In this document: positions 1 through 10,327 of the stretch, one piece after another
How positions within the stretch are numbered: the first letter of the stretch is position 1
How the letters are laid out: the number at the start of each line of letters is the position of its first letter
From: Auanema rhodensis
Lineage: Eukaryota > Animalia > Nematoda
NCBI GenBank assembly: GCA_964057225.1
Contig: OZ059900.1
Coordinates: forward strand, 18,848,001-18,912,000
Reading direction: 5' to 3'
Length of the DNA: 64,000 nt
Notes under the pieces: model-generated
What the model was told of the DNA's origin: nothing
Database searches by the model: none
What the model saw: the letters and a program-made list of their open reading frames with translations, nothing else
Translations under genes and position numbers: made by a program

Positions 1-342
1 AATTCGTTGCATTTGACGACTCATATGAACAAAAATCGATTTAATCAATATTAGCCATAAGGGGCGTGCCCTCAGAATATGCTAATTTCCTTAATTTTCT
101 AACCCCTGTTTTGTTGTCGTGAAAGTGGAACTAGACGTTGTAGGAACAATTTTGAGCTAGGTTTCATTGACATTGCATGAGTTTGAACACATGAAATCGT
201 AAGTCAAAACCTTGTTTACAGCGAAATTTCCAAAAACTGGTTTTCCAGCATAATAAAATATTTCTCATGGGAAATACTGTGTTTTTGTATTTTTCTAGTG
301 TTCAGCATGTAAAATGCTTCATTTTAGTATGTAACACGCTGA
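1..342 (+). repeat. Reference monomer (arbitrary phase; 'monomer positions' below refer to it)
   Basis: One full period from AATTCGTTGC to ...AACACGCTGA. Confidence 0.98.
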
Positions 343-1026
343 AATTCGTTGCATTTGACGACTCATATGAACAAAAATCGATTTAATCAATATTAGCCAT
401 AAGGGGCGTGCCCTCAGAATATGCTAATTTCCTTAATTTTCTAACCCCTGTTTTTTTGTCGTGAAAGTGGAACTAGACGTTGTAGGAACAATTTTGAGCT
501 AGGTTTCATTGACATTGCATGAGTTTGAACACATGAAATCGTAAGTCAAAACCTTGTTTACAGCGAAATTTCCAAAAACTGGTTTTCCAGCATAATAAAA
601 TATTTCTCATGGGAAATACTGTGTTTTTGTATTTTTTTAGTGTTCAGCATGTAAAATGCTTCATTTTAGTATGTAACACGCTGAAATTAATTGCATTTGA
701 CGACTCATATGAACAAAAATCGATTTAATCAATATTAGCCATAAGGGGCGTGCCCTCAGAATATGCTAATTTCCTTAATTTTCTAACCCCTGTTTTTTTG
801 TCGTGAAAGTGGAACTAGACGTTGTACGAACAATTTTGAGCTAGGTTTCATTGACATTGCATGAGTTTGAACACATGAAATCGTAAGTCAAAACCTTGTT
901 TACAGCGAACTTTCCAAAAACTGGTTTTCCAGCATAATAAAATATTTCTCATGGGAAATACTGTGTTTTTGTATTTTTCTAGTGTTCAGCATGTGAAATG
1001 CTTCATTTTAGTATGTAACACGCTGA

Positions 1027-1310
1027 AATTCGTTGCATTTGACGACTCATATGAACAAAAATCGATTTAATCAATATTAGCCATAAGGGGCGTGCCCTCA
1101 GAATATGCTAATTTCCTTAATTTTCTAACCCCTGTATTGTTGTCGTTAAAGTGGAACTAGACGTTGTAGGAACAATTTTGAGCTAGGTTTCAAATTTCCA
1201 AAAACTGGTTTTCCAGCATAATAAAATATTTCTCATGGGAAATACTGTGTTTTTGTATTTTTCTAGTGTTCAGCATGTAAAATGCTTCATTTTAGTATGT
1301 AACACGCTGA
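1027..1310 (+). repeat. Truncated monomer (284 bp) with 58-bp internal deletion, copy 1
   Basis: GCTAGGTTTC is joined directly to AAATTTCCAAAA at 1191/1192, so monomer positions 166-223 are missing. Private variants CCTGTATTGTTGTCGTTAAAG. Confidence 0.95.
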
Positions 1311-2472
1311 AATACAAAAACACAGTATTTCCCATGAGAAATATTTTATTATGCTGGAAAACCAGTTTTTGGAAATTTCGCTGTAAACAAGGTTTTGACT
1401 TACGATTTCATGTGTTCAAACTCATGCAATGTCAATGAAACCTAGCTCAAAATTGTTCGTACAACGTCTAGTTCCACTTTCACGACAAAAAAACAGGGGT
1501 TAGAAAATTAAGGAAATTAGCATATTCTGAGGGCACGCCCCTTATGGCTAATATTGATTAAATCGATTTTTGTTCATATGAGTCGTCAAATGCAACTAAT
1601 TTCAGCGTGTTACATACTAAAATGAAGCATTTTACATGCTGAACACTAGAAAAATACAAAAACACAGTATTTCCCATGAGAAATATTTTATTATGCTGGA
1701 AAACCAGTTTTTGGAAATTTCGCTGTAAACAAGGTTTTGACTTACGATTTCATGTGTTCAAACTCATGCAATGTCAATGAAACCTAGCTCAAAATTGTTC
1801 CTACAACGTCTAGTTCCACTTTCACGACAAAAAACAGGGGTTAGAAAATTAAGGAAATTAGCATATTCTGAGGGCACGCCCCTTATGGCTAATATTGATT
1901 AAATCGATTTTTGTTCATATGAGTCGTCAAATGCAACGAATTTCAGCGTGTTACATACTAAAATGAAGCATTTTACATGCTGAACACTAGAAAAATACAA
2001 AAACACAGTATTTCCCATGAGAAATATTTTATTATGCTGGAAAACCAGTTTTTGGAAATTTCGCTGTAAACAAGGTTTTGACTTACGATTTCATGTGTTC
2101 AAACTCATGCAATGTCAATGAAACCTAGCTCAAAATTGTTCCTACAACGTCTAGTTCCACTTTCACGACAACAAAACAGGGGTTAGAAAATTAAGGAAAT
2201 TAGCATATTCTGAGGGCACGCCCCTTATGGCTAATATTGATTAAATCGATTTTTGTTCATATGAGTCGTCAAATGCAACGAATTTCAGCGTGTTACATAC
2301 TAAAATGAAGCATTTCACATGCTGAACACTAGAAAAATACAAAAACACAGTATTTCCTATGAGAAATATTTTAATATGCTGGAAAACCAGTTTTTTGAAA
2401 TTTCGCTGTAAACAAGGTTTTGACTTACGATTTCATGTGTTCAAACTCATGCAATGTCAATGAAACCTAGCT
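1310..2472 (-). repeat. Inverted satellite block 1 (1163 bp, about 3.4 monomers)
   Basis: From AAATACAAAAACACAG the sequence is the reverse complement of the monomer, starting at position 292 and ending at position 155 (AAACCTAGCT). Length = 138 + 3x342 - 1. Confidence 0.97.
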
Positions 2473-2482
2473 TTTTTTCTTT
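2473..2482. other. 10-bp T-rich junction linker TTTTTTCTTT, copy 1
   Basis: Lies between the inverted block end (CCTAGCT) and the forward restart TTTTCTAACCCCTG (monomer position 95). Not an exact match to the monomer. Confidence 0.85.
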
Positions 2483-3416
2483 TTTTCTAACCCCTGTTTT
2501 TTTGTCGTGAAAGTGGAACTAGACGTTGTGCGAACAATTTTGAGCTAGGTTTCATTGACATTGCATGAGTTTGAACACATGAAATCGTAAGTCAAAACCT
2601 TGTTTACAGCGAAATTTCCAAAAACTCGTTTTCCAGCATAATAAAATATTTCTCATGGGAAATACTGTGTTTTTGTATTTTTTTAGTGTTCAGCATGTAA
2701 AATGCTTCATTTTAGTATGTAACACGCTGAAATTAATTGCATTTGACGACTCATATGAACAAAAATCGATTTAATCAATATTAGCCATAAGGGGCGTGCC
2801 CTCAGAATATGCTAATTTCCTTAATTTTCTAACCCCTGTTTTTTTGTCGTGAAAGTGGAACTAGACGTTGTACGAACAATTGTGAGCTAGGTTTCATTGA
2901 CATTGCATGAGTTTGAACACATGAAATCGTAAGTCAAAACCTTGTTTACAGCGAAATTTCCAAAAACTGGTTTTCCAGCATAATAAAATATTTCTCATGG
3001 GAAATACTGTGTTTTTGTATTTTTCTAGTGTTCAGCATGTGAAATGCTTCATTTTAGTATGTAACACGCTGATATTCGTTGCATTTGACGACTCATATGA
3101 ACAAAAATCGATTTAATCAATATTAGCCATAAGGGGCGTGCCCTCAGAATATGCTAATTTCCTTAATTTTCTAACCCCTGTTTTTTTGTCGTGAAAGTGG
3201 AACTAGACGTTGTACGAACAATTTTGAGCTAGGTTTTATTGACATTGCATGAGTTTGAACACATGAAATCGTAAGTCAAAACCTTGTTTACAGCGAAATT
3301 TCCAAAAACTGGTTTTCCAGCATAATAAAATATTTCTCATGGGAAATACTGTGTTTTTGTATTTTTCTAGTGTTCAGCATGTGAAATGCTTCATTTTAGT
3401 ATGTAACACGCTGAAA

Positions 3417-6400
3417 TTCGTTGCATTTGACGACTCATATGAACAAAAATCGATTTAATCAATATTAGCCATAAGGGGCGTGCCCTCAGAATATGCTAAT
3501 TTCCTTAATTTTCTAACCCCTGTTTTGTTGTCGTGAAAGTGGAACTAGACGTTGTAGGAACAATTTTGAGCTAGGTTTCATTGACATTGCATGAGTTTGA
3601 ACACATGAAATCGTAAGTCAAAACCTTGTTTACAGCGAAATTTCCAAAAACTGGTTTTCCAGCATAATAAAATATTTCTCATGGGAAATACTGTGTTTTT
3701 GTATTTTTATAGTGTTCAGCATGTAAAATGCTTCATTTTAGTATGTAACACGCTGAAATTCGTTGCATTTGACGACTCATATGAACAAAAATCGATTTAA
3801 TCAATATTAGCCATAAGAGGCGTGCCCTCAGAATATGCTAATTTCCTTAATTTTCTAACCCCTGTTTTTTTGTCGTGAAAGTGGAACTAGACGTTGTAGG
3901 AACAATTTTGAGCTAGGTTTCATTGACATTGCATGAGTTTGAACACATGAAATCGTAAGTCAAAACCTTGTTTACAGCGAAATTTCCAAAAACTGGTTTT
4001 CCAGCATAATAAAATATTTCTCATGGGAAATACTGTGTTTTTGTATTTTTTCAGTGTTCAGCATGTGAAATGCTTCATTTTAGTATGTAACACGCTGAAA
4101 TTCGTTGCATTTGACGACTCATATGAACAAAAATCGATTTAATCAATATTAGCCATAAGGGGCGTGCCCTCAGAATATGCTAATTTCCTTAATTTTCTAA
4201 CCCCTGTTTTGTTGTCGTGAAAGTGGAACTAGACGTTGTAGGAACAATTTTGAGCTAGGTTTCATTGACATTGCATGAGTTTGAACACATGAAATCGTAA
4301 GTCAAAACCTTGTTTACAGCGAAATTTCCAAAAACTGGTTTTCCAGCATAATAAAATATTTCTCATGGGAAATACTGTGTTTTTGTATTTTTCTAGTGTT
4401 CAGCATGTAAAATGCTTCATTTTAGTATGTAACACGCTGAAATTCGTTTCATTTGACGACTCATATGAACAAAAATCGATTTAATCAATATTAGCCATAA
4501 GGGGCGTGCCCTCAGAATATGCTAATTTCCTTAATTTTCTAACCCCTGTTTTTTTGTCGTGAAAGTGGAACTAGACGTTGTAGGAACAATTTTGAGCTAG
4601 GTTTCATTGACATTGCATGAGTTTGAACACATGAAATCGTAAGTCAAAACCTTGTTTACAGCGAAATTTCCAAAAACTGGTTTTCCAGCATAATAAAATA
4701 TTTCTCATGGGAAATACTGTGTTTTTGTATTTTTTTAGTGTTCAGCATGTGAAATGCTTCATTTTAGTATGTAACACGCTGAAATTAATTGCATTTGACG
4801 ACTCATATGAACAAAAATCGATTTAATCAATATTAGCCATAAGGGGCGTGCCCTCAGAATATGCTAATTTCCTTAATTTTCTAACCCCTGTTTTTTTGTC
4901 GTGAAAGTGGAACTAGACGTTGTACGAACAATTTTGAGCTAGGTTTCATTGACATTGCATGAGTTTGAACACATGAAATCGTAAGTCAAAACCTTGTTTA
5001 CAGCGAACTTTCCAAAAACTGGTTTTCCAGCATAATAAAATATTTCTTATGGGAAATACTGTGTTTTTGTATTTTTCTAGTGTTCAGCATGTAAAATACT
5101 TCATTTTAGTATAAAACACGCTGAAATTCGTTGCATTTGACGACTCATATGAACAAAAATCGATTTAATCAATATTAGCCATAAGGGGCGTGCCCTCAGA
5201 ATATGCTAATTTCCTTAATTTTCTAACCCCTGTTTTGTTGTCGTGAAAGTGGAACTAGACGTTGTAGGAACAATTTTGAGCTAGGTTTCATTGACATTGC
5301 ATGAGTTTGAACACATGAAATCGTAAGTCAAAACCTTGTTTACAGCGAAATTTCCAAAAACTGGTTTTCCAGCATAATAAAATATTTCTCATGGGAAATA
5401 CTGTGTTTTTGTATTTTTATAGTGTTCAGCATGTAAAATGCTTCATTTTAGTATGTAACACGCTGAAATTCGTTGCATTTGACGACTCATATGAACAAAA
5501 ATCGATTTAATCAATATTAGCCATAAGAGGCGTGCCCTCAGAATATGCTAATTTCCTTAATTTTCTAACCCCTGTTTTTTTGTCGTGAAAGTGGAACTAG
5601 ACGTTGTAGGAACAATTTTGAGCTAGGTTTCATTGACATTGCATGAGTTTGAACACATGAAATCGTAAGTCAAAACCTTGTTTACAGCGAAATTTCCAAA
5701 AACTGGTTTTCCAGCATAATAAAATATTTCTCATGGGAAATACTGTGTTTTTGTATTTTTTCAGTGTTCAGCATGTGAAATGCTTCATTTTAGTATGTAA
5801 CACGCTGAAATTCGTTGCATTTGACGACTCATATGAACAAAAATCGATTTAATCAATATTAGCCATAAGGGGCGTGCCCTCAGAATATGCTAATTTCCTT
5901 AATTTTCTAACCCCTGTTTTGTTGTCGTGAAAGTGGAACTAGACGTTGTAGGAACAATTTTGAGCTAGGTTTCATTGACATTGCATGAGTTTGAACACAT
6001 GAAATCGTAAGTCAAAACCTTGTTTACAGCGAAATTTCCAAAAACTGGTTTTCCAGCATAATAAAATATTTCTCATGGGAAATACTGTGTTTTTGTATTT
6101 TTCTAGTGTTCAGCATGTAAAATGCTTCATTTTAGTATGTAACACGCTGAAATTCGTTGCATTTGACGACTCATATGAACAAAAATCGATTTAATCAATA
6201 TTAGCCATAAGGGGCGTGCCCTCAGAATATGCTAATTTCCTTAATTTTCTAACCCCTGTTTTTTTGTCGTGAAAGTGGAACTAGACGTTGTAGGAACAAT
6301 TTTGAGCTAGGTTTCATTGACATTGCATGAGTTTGAACACATGAAATCGTAAGTCAAAACCTTGTTTACAGCGAAATTTCCAAAAACTGGTTTTCCAGCA

Positions 6401-6834
6401 TAATAAAATATTTCTCATGGGAAATACTGTGTTTTTGTATTTTTTTAGTGTTCAGCATGTAAAATGCTTCATTTTAGTATGTAACACGCTGAAATTAATT
6501 GCATTTGACGACTCATATGAACAAAAATCGATTTAATCAATATTAGCCATAAGGGGCGTGCCCTCAGAATATGCTAATTTCCTTAATTTTCTAACCCCTG
6601 TTTTTTTGTCGTGAAAGTGGAACTAGACGTTGTACGAACAATTTTGAGCTAGGTTTCATTGACATTGCATGAGTTTGAACACATGAAATCGTAAGTCAAA
6701 ACCTTGTTTACAGCGAACTTTCCAAAAACTGGTTTTCCAGCATAATAAAATATTTCTCATGGGAAATACTGTGTTTTTGTATTTTTCTAGTGTTCAGCAT
6801 GTGAAATGCTTCATTTTAGTATGTAACACGCTGA
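3417..6834 (+). repeat. Tandem 5-monomer (1710 bp) higher-order duplication; boundaries approximate
   Basis: Private variants recur 1710 bp apart: TAAGAGGCG (~3815/5525), TTTTTATAG (~3705/5415), TTTTTCAG (~4050/5760), GAACTTTCC (~5006/6716). Confidence 0.85.
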
Positions 6835-7118
6835 AATTCGTTGCATTTGACGACTCATATGAACAAAAATCGATTTAATCAATATTAGCCATAAGGGGCG
6901 TGCCCTCAGAATATGCTAATTTCCTTAATTTTCTAACCCCTGTATTGTTGTCGTTAAAGTGGAACTAGACGTTGTAGGAACAATTTTGAGCTAGGTTTCA
7001 AATTTCCAAAAACTGGTTTTCCAGCATAATAAAATATTTCTCATGGGAAATACTGTGTTTTTGTATTTTTCTAGTGTTCAGCATGTAAAATGCTTCATTT
7101 TAGTATGTAACACGCTGA
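6835..7118 (+). repeat. Truncated monomer with 58-bp deletion, copy 2
   Basis: Same deletion junction and private variants as 1027-1310, offset 5808. Confidence 0.95.
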
Positions 7119-8280
7119 AATACAAAAACACAGTATTTCCCATGAGAAATATTTTATTATGCTGGAAAACCAGTTTTTGGAAATTTCGCTGTAAACAAGG
7201 TTTTGACTTACGATTTCATGTGTTCAAACTCATGCAATGTCAATGAAACCTAGCTCAAAATTGTTCGTACAACGTCTAGTTCCACTTTCACGACAAAAAA
7301 ACAGGGGTTAGAAAATTAAGGAAATTAGCATATTCTGAGGGCACGCCCCTTATGGCTAATATTGATTAAATCGATTTTTGTTCATATGAGTCGTCAAATG
7401 CAACTAATTTCAGCGTGTTACATACTAAAATGAAGCATTTTACATGCTGAACACTAGAAAAATACAAAAACACAGTATTTCCCATGAGAAATATTTTATT
7501 ATGCTGGAAAACCAGTTTTTGGAAATTTCGCTGTAAACAAGGTTTTGACTTACGATTTCATGTGTTCAAACTCATGCAATGTCAATGAAACCTAGCTCAA
7601 AATTGTTCCTACAACGTCTAGTTCCACTTTCACGACAAAAAACAGGGGTTAGAAAATTAAGGAAATTAGCATATTCTGAGGGCACGCCCCTTATGGCTAA
7701 TATTGATTAAATCGATTTTTGTTCATATGAGTCGTCAAATGCAACGAATTTCAGCGTGTTACATACTAAAATGAAGCATTTTACATGCTGAACACTAGAA
7801 AAATACAAAAACACAGTATTTCCCATGAGAAATATTTTATTATGCTGGAAAACCAGTTTTTGGAAATTTCGCTGTAAACAAGGTTTTGACTTACGATTTC
7901 ATGTGTTCAAACTCATGCAATGTCAATGAAACCTAGCTCAAAATTGTTCCTACAACGTCTAGTTCCACTTTCACGACAACAAAACAGGGGTTAGAAAATT
8001 AAGGAAATTAGCATATTCTGAGGGCACGCCCCTTATGGCTAATATTGATTAAATCGATTTTTGTTCATATGAGTCGTCAAATGCAACGAATTTCAGCGTG
8101 TTACATACTAAAATGAAGCATTTCACATGCTGAACACTAGAAAAATACAAAAACACAGTATTTCCTATGAGAAATATTTTATTATGCTGGAAAACCAGTT
8201 TTTTGAAATTTCGCTGTAAACAAGGTTTTGACTTACGATTTCATGTGTTCAAACTCATGCAATGTCAATGAAACCTAGCT
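7118..8280 (-). repeat. Inverted satellite block 2 (1163 bp)
   Basis: Same junctions and near-identical sequence to block 1, offset 5808. Followed by the same linker at 8281-8290. Confidence 0.97.
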
Positions 8281-9222
8281 TTTTTTCTTTTTTTCTAACC
8301 CCTGTTTTTTTGTCGTGAAAGTGGAACTAGACGTTGTGCGAACAATTTTGAGCTAGGTTTCATTGACATTGCATGAGTTTGAACACATGAAATCGTAAGT
8401 CAAAACCTTGTTTACAGCGAAATTTCCAAAAACTGGTTTTCCAGCATGATAAAATATTTCTCATGGGAAATACTGTGTTTTTGTATTTTTCTAGTGTTCA
8501 GCATGTAAAATGCTTCATTTTAGTATGTAACACGCTGAAATTCGTTGCATTTGACGACTCATATGAACAAAAATCGATTTAATCAATATTAGCCATAAGG
8601 GGCGTGCCCTCAGAATATGCTAATTTCCTTAATTTTCTAACCCCTGTTTTTTTGTCGTGAAAGTGGAACTAGACGTTGTACAAACAATTTTGAGCTAGGT
8701 TTCATTGACATTGCATGAGTTTGAACACATGAAATCGTAAGTCAAAACCTTGTTTACAGCGAAATTTCCAAAAACTGGTTTTCCAGCATGATAAAATATT
8801 TCTCATGGGAAATACTGTGTTTTTGTATTTTTCTAGTGTTCAGCATGTAAAATGCTTCATTTTAGTATGTAACACGCTGAAATTCGTTGCATTTGACGAC
8901 TCATATGAACAAAAATCGATTTAATCAATATTAGCCATAAGGGGCGTGCCCTCAGAATATGCTAATTTCCTTAATTTTCTACCCCCTGTTTTTTTGTCGT
9001 GAAAGTGGAACTAGACGTTGTACAAACAATTTTGAGCTAGGTTTCATTGACATTGCATGAGTTTGAACACATGAAATCGTAAGTCAAAACCTTGTTTACA
9101 GCGAAATTTCCAAAAACTGGTTTTCCAGCATAATAAAATATTTCTCATGAGAAATACTGTGTTTTTGTATTTTTCTAGTGTTCAGCATGTGAAATGCTTC
9201 ATTTTAGTATGTAACACGCTGA

Positions 9223-9506
9223 AATTCGTTGCATTTGACGACTCATATGAACAAAAATCGATTTAATCAATATTAGCCATAAGGGGCGTGCCCTCAGAAT
9301 ATGCTAATTTCCTTAATTTTCTAACCCCTGTATTGTTGTCGTTAAAGTGGAACTAGACGTTGTAGGAACAATTTTGAGCTAGGTTTCAAATTTCCAAAAA
9401 CTGGTTTTCCAGCATAATAAAATATTTCTCATGGGAAATACTGTGTTTTTGTATTTTTCTAGTGTTCAGCATGTAAAATGCTTCATTTTAGTATGTAACA
9501 CGCTGA
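9223..9506 (+). repeat. Truncated monomer with 58-bp deletion, copy 3
   Basis: Same GGTTTC|AAATTTCC junction and the same TATTGTTGTCGTTAAAG variants. Confidence 0.95.
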
Positions 9507-10327
9507 AATACAAAAACACAGTATTTCCCATGAGAAATATTTTATTATGCTGGAAAACCAGTTTTTGGAAATTTCGCTGTAAACAAGGTTTTGACTTACG
9601 ATTTCATGTGTTCAAACTCATGCAATGTCAATGAAACCTAGCTCAAAATCGTTCGTACAACGTCTAGTTCCACTTTCACGACAAAAAAACAGGGGTTAGA
9701 AAATTAAGGAAATTAGCATATTCTGAGGGCACGCCCCTTATGGCTAATATTGATTAAATCGATTTTTGTTCATATGAGTCGTCAAATGCAACGAATTTCA
9801 GCGTGTTACATACTAAAATGAAGCATTTTACATGCTGAACACTAGAAAAATACAAAAACACAGTATTTCCCATGAGAAATATTTTATTATGCTGGAAAAC
9901 CAGTTTTTGGAAATTTCGCTGTAAACAAGGTTTTGACTTACGATTTCATGTGTTCAAACTCATGCAATGTCAATGAAACCTAGCTCAAAATTGTTCCTAC
10001 AACGTCTAGTTCCACTTTCACGACAACAAAACAGGGGTTAGAAAATTAAGGAAATTAGCATATTCTGAGGGCACGCCCCTTATGGCTAATATTGATTAAA
10101 TCGATTTTTGTTCATATGAGTCGTCAAATGCAACGAATTTCAGCGTGTTACATACTAAAATGAAGCATTTCACATGCTGAACACTAGAAAAATACAAAAA
10201 CACAGTATTTCCTATGAGAAATATTTTATTATGCTGGAAAACCAGTTTTTTGAAATTTCGCTGTAAACAAGGTTTTGACTTACGATTTCATGTGTTCAAA
10301 CTCATGCAATGTCAATGAAACCTAGCT
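9506..10327 (-). repeat. Inverted satellite block 3 (822 bp, about 2.4 monomers)
   Basis: Same two junctions as blocks 1 and 2 but one monomer shorter (138 + 2x342). Linker at 10328-10337. Confidence 0.97.

Noticed and set aside
2-18. CENP-B box-like ATTCGTTGCATTTGACG
   Set aside because: It matches TTCG and the central A but lacks CGGG (6 of 9 essential positions), so it is not supportable as functional.
99-107. Telomere-like CTAACCCCT
   Set aside because: One copy per monomer, not tandem.
1-342. Primate alpha-satellite dimer (2x171) or an internal dimeric structure
   Set aside because: The sequence does not resemble the alpha-satellite consensus. The two halves share only short words (TTGCAT, TGAACA, AAATCG) at inconsistent offsets.
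1-342. 5S rDNA, tRNA, snRNA or spliced-leader tandem gene unit
   Set aside because: I could not recognise any conserved RNA gene sequence, A/B-box pair or cloverleaf. An Rfam cmscan would be the definitive test.
1192-1378. Fold-back chimeric read artefact
   Set aside because: The orientation reverts after about 1 kb. The junctions recur three times with distinct flanks, and the inverted arm carries variants that differ from the adjacent forward arm. Read-level confirmation is still advisable.
1235-1438. 67-aa ORF (identical copies at 7043-7246 and 9431-9634)
   Set aside because: It is created by reading across the inversion junction, half forward and half reverse satellite. There is no recognisable domain, and identity between copies is explained by cassette duplication.
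1310-2472. Programmed site-specific invertible switch or transposon insertion
   Set aside because: There is no recombinase or transposase, no terminal inverted repeats and no target-site duplication. The breakpoints are non-reciprocal.
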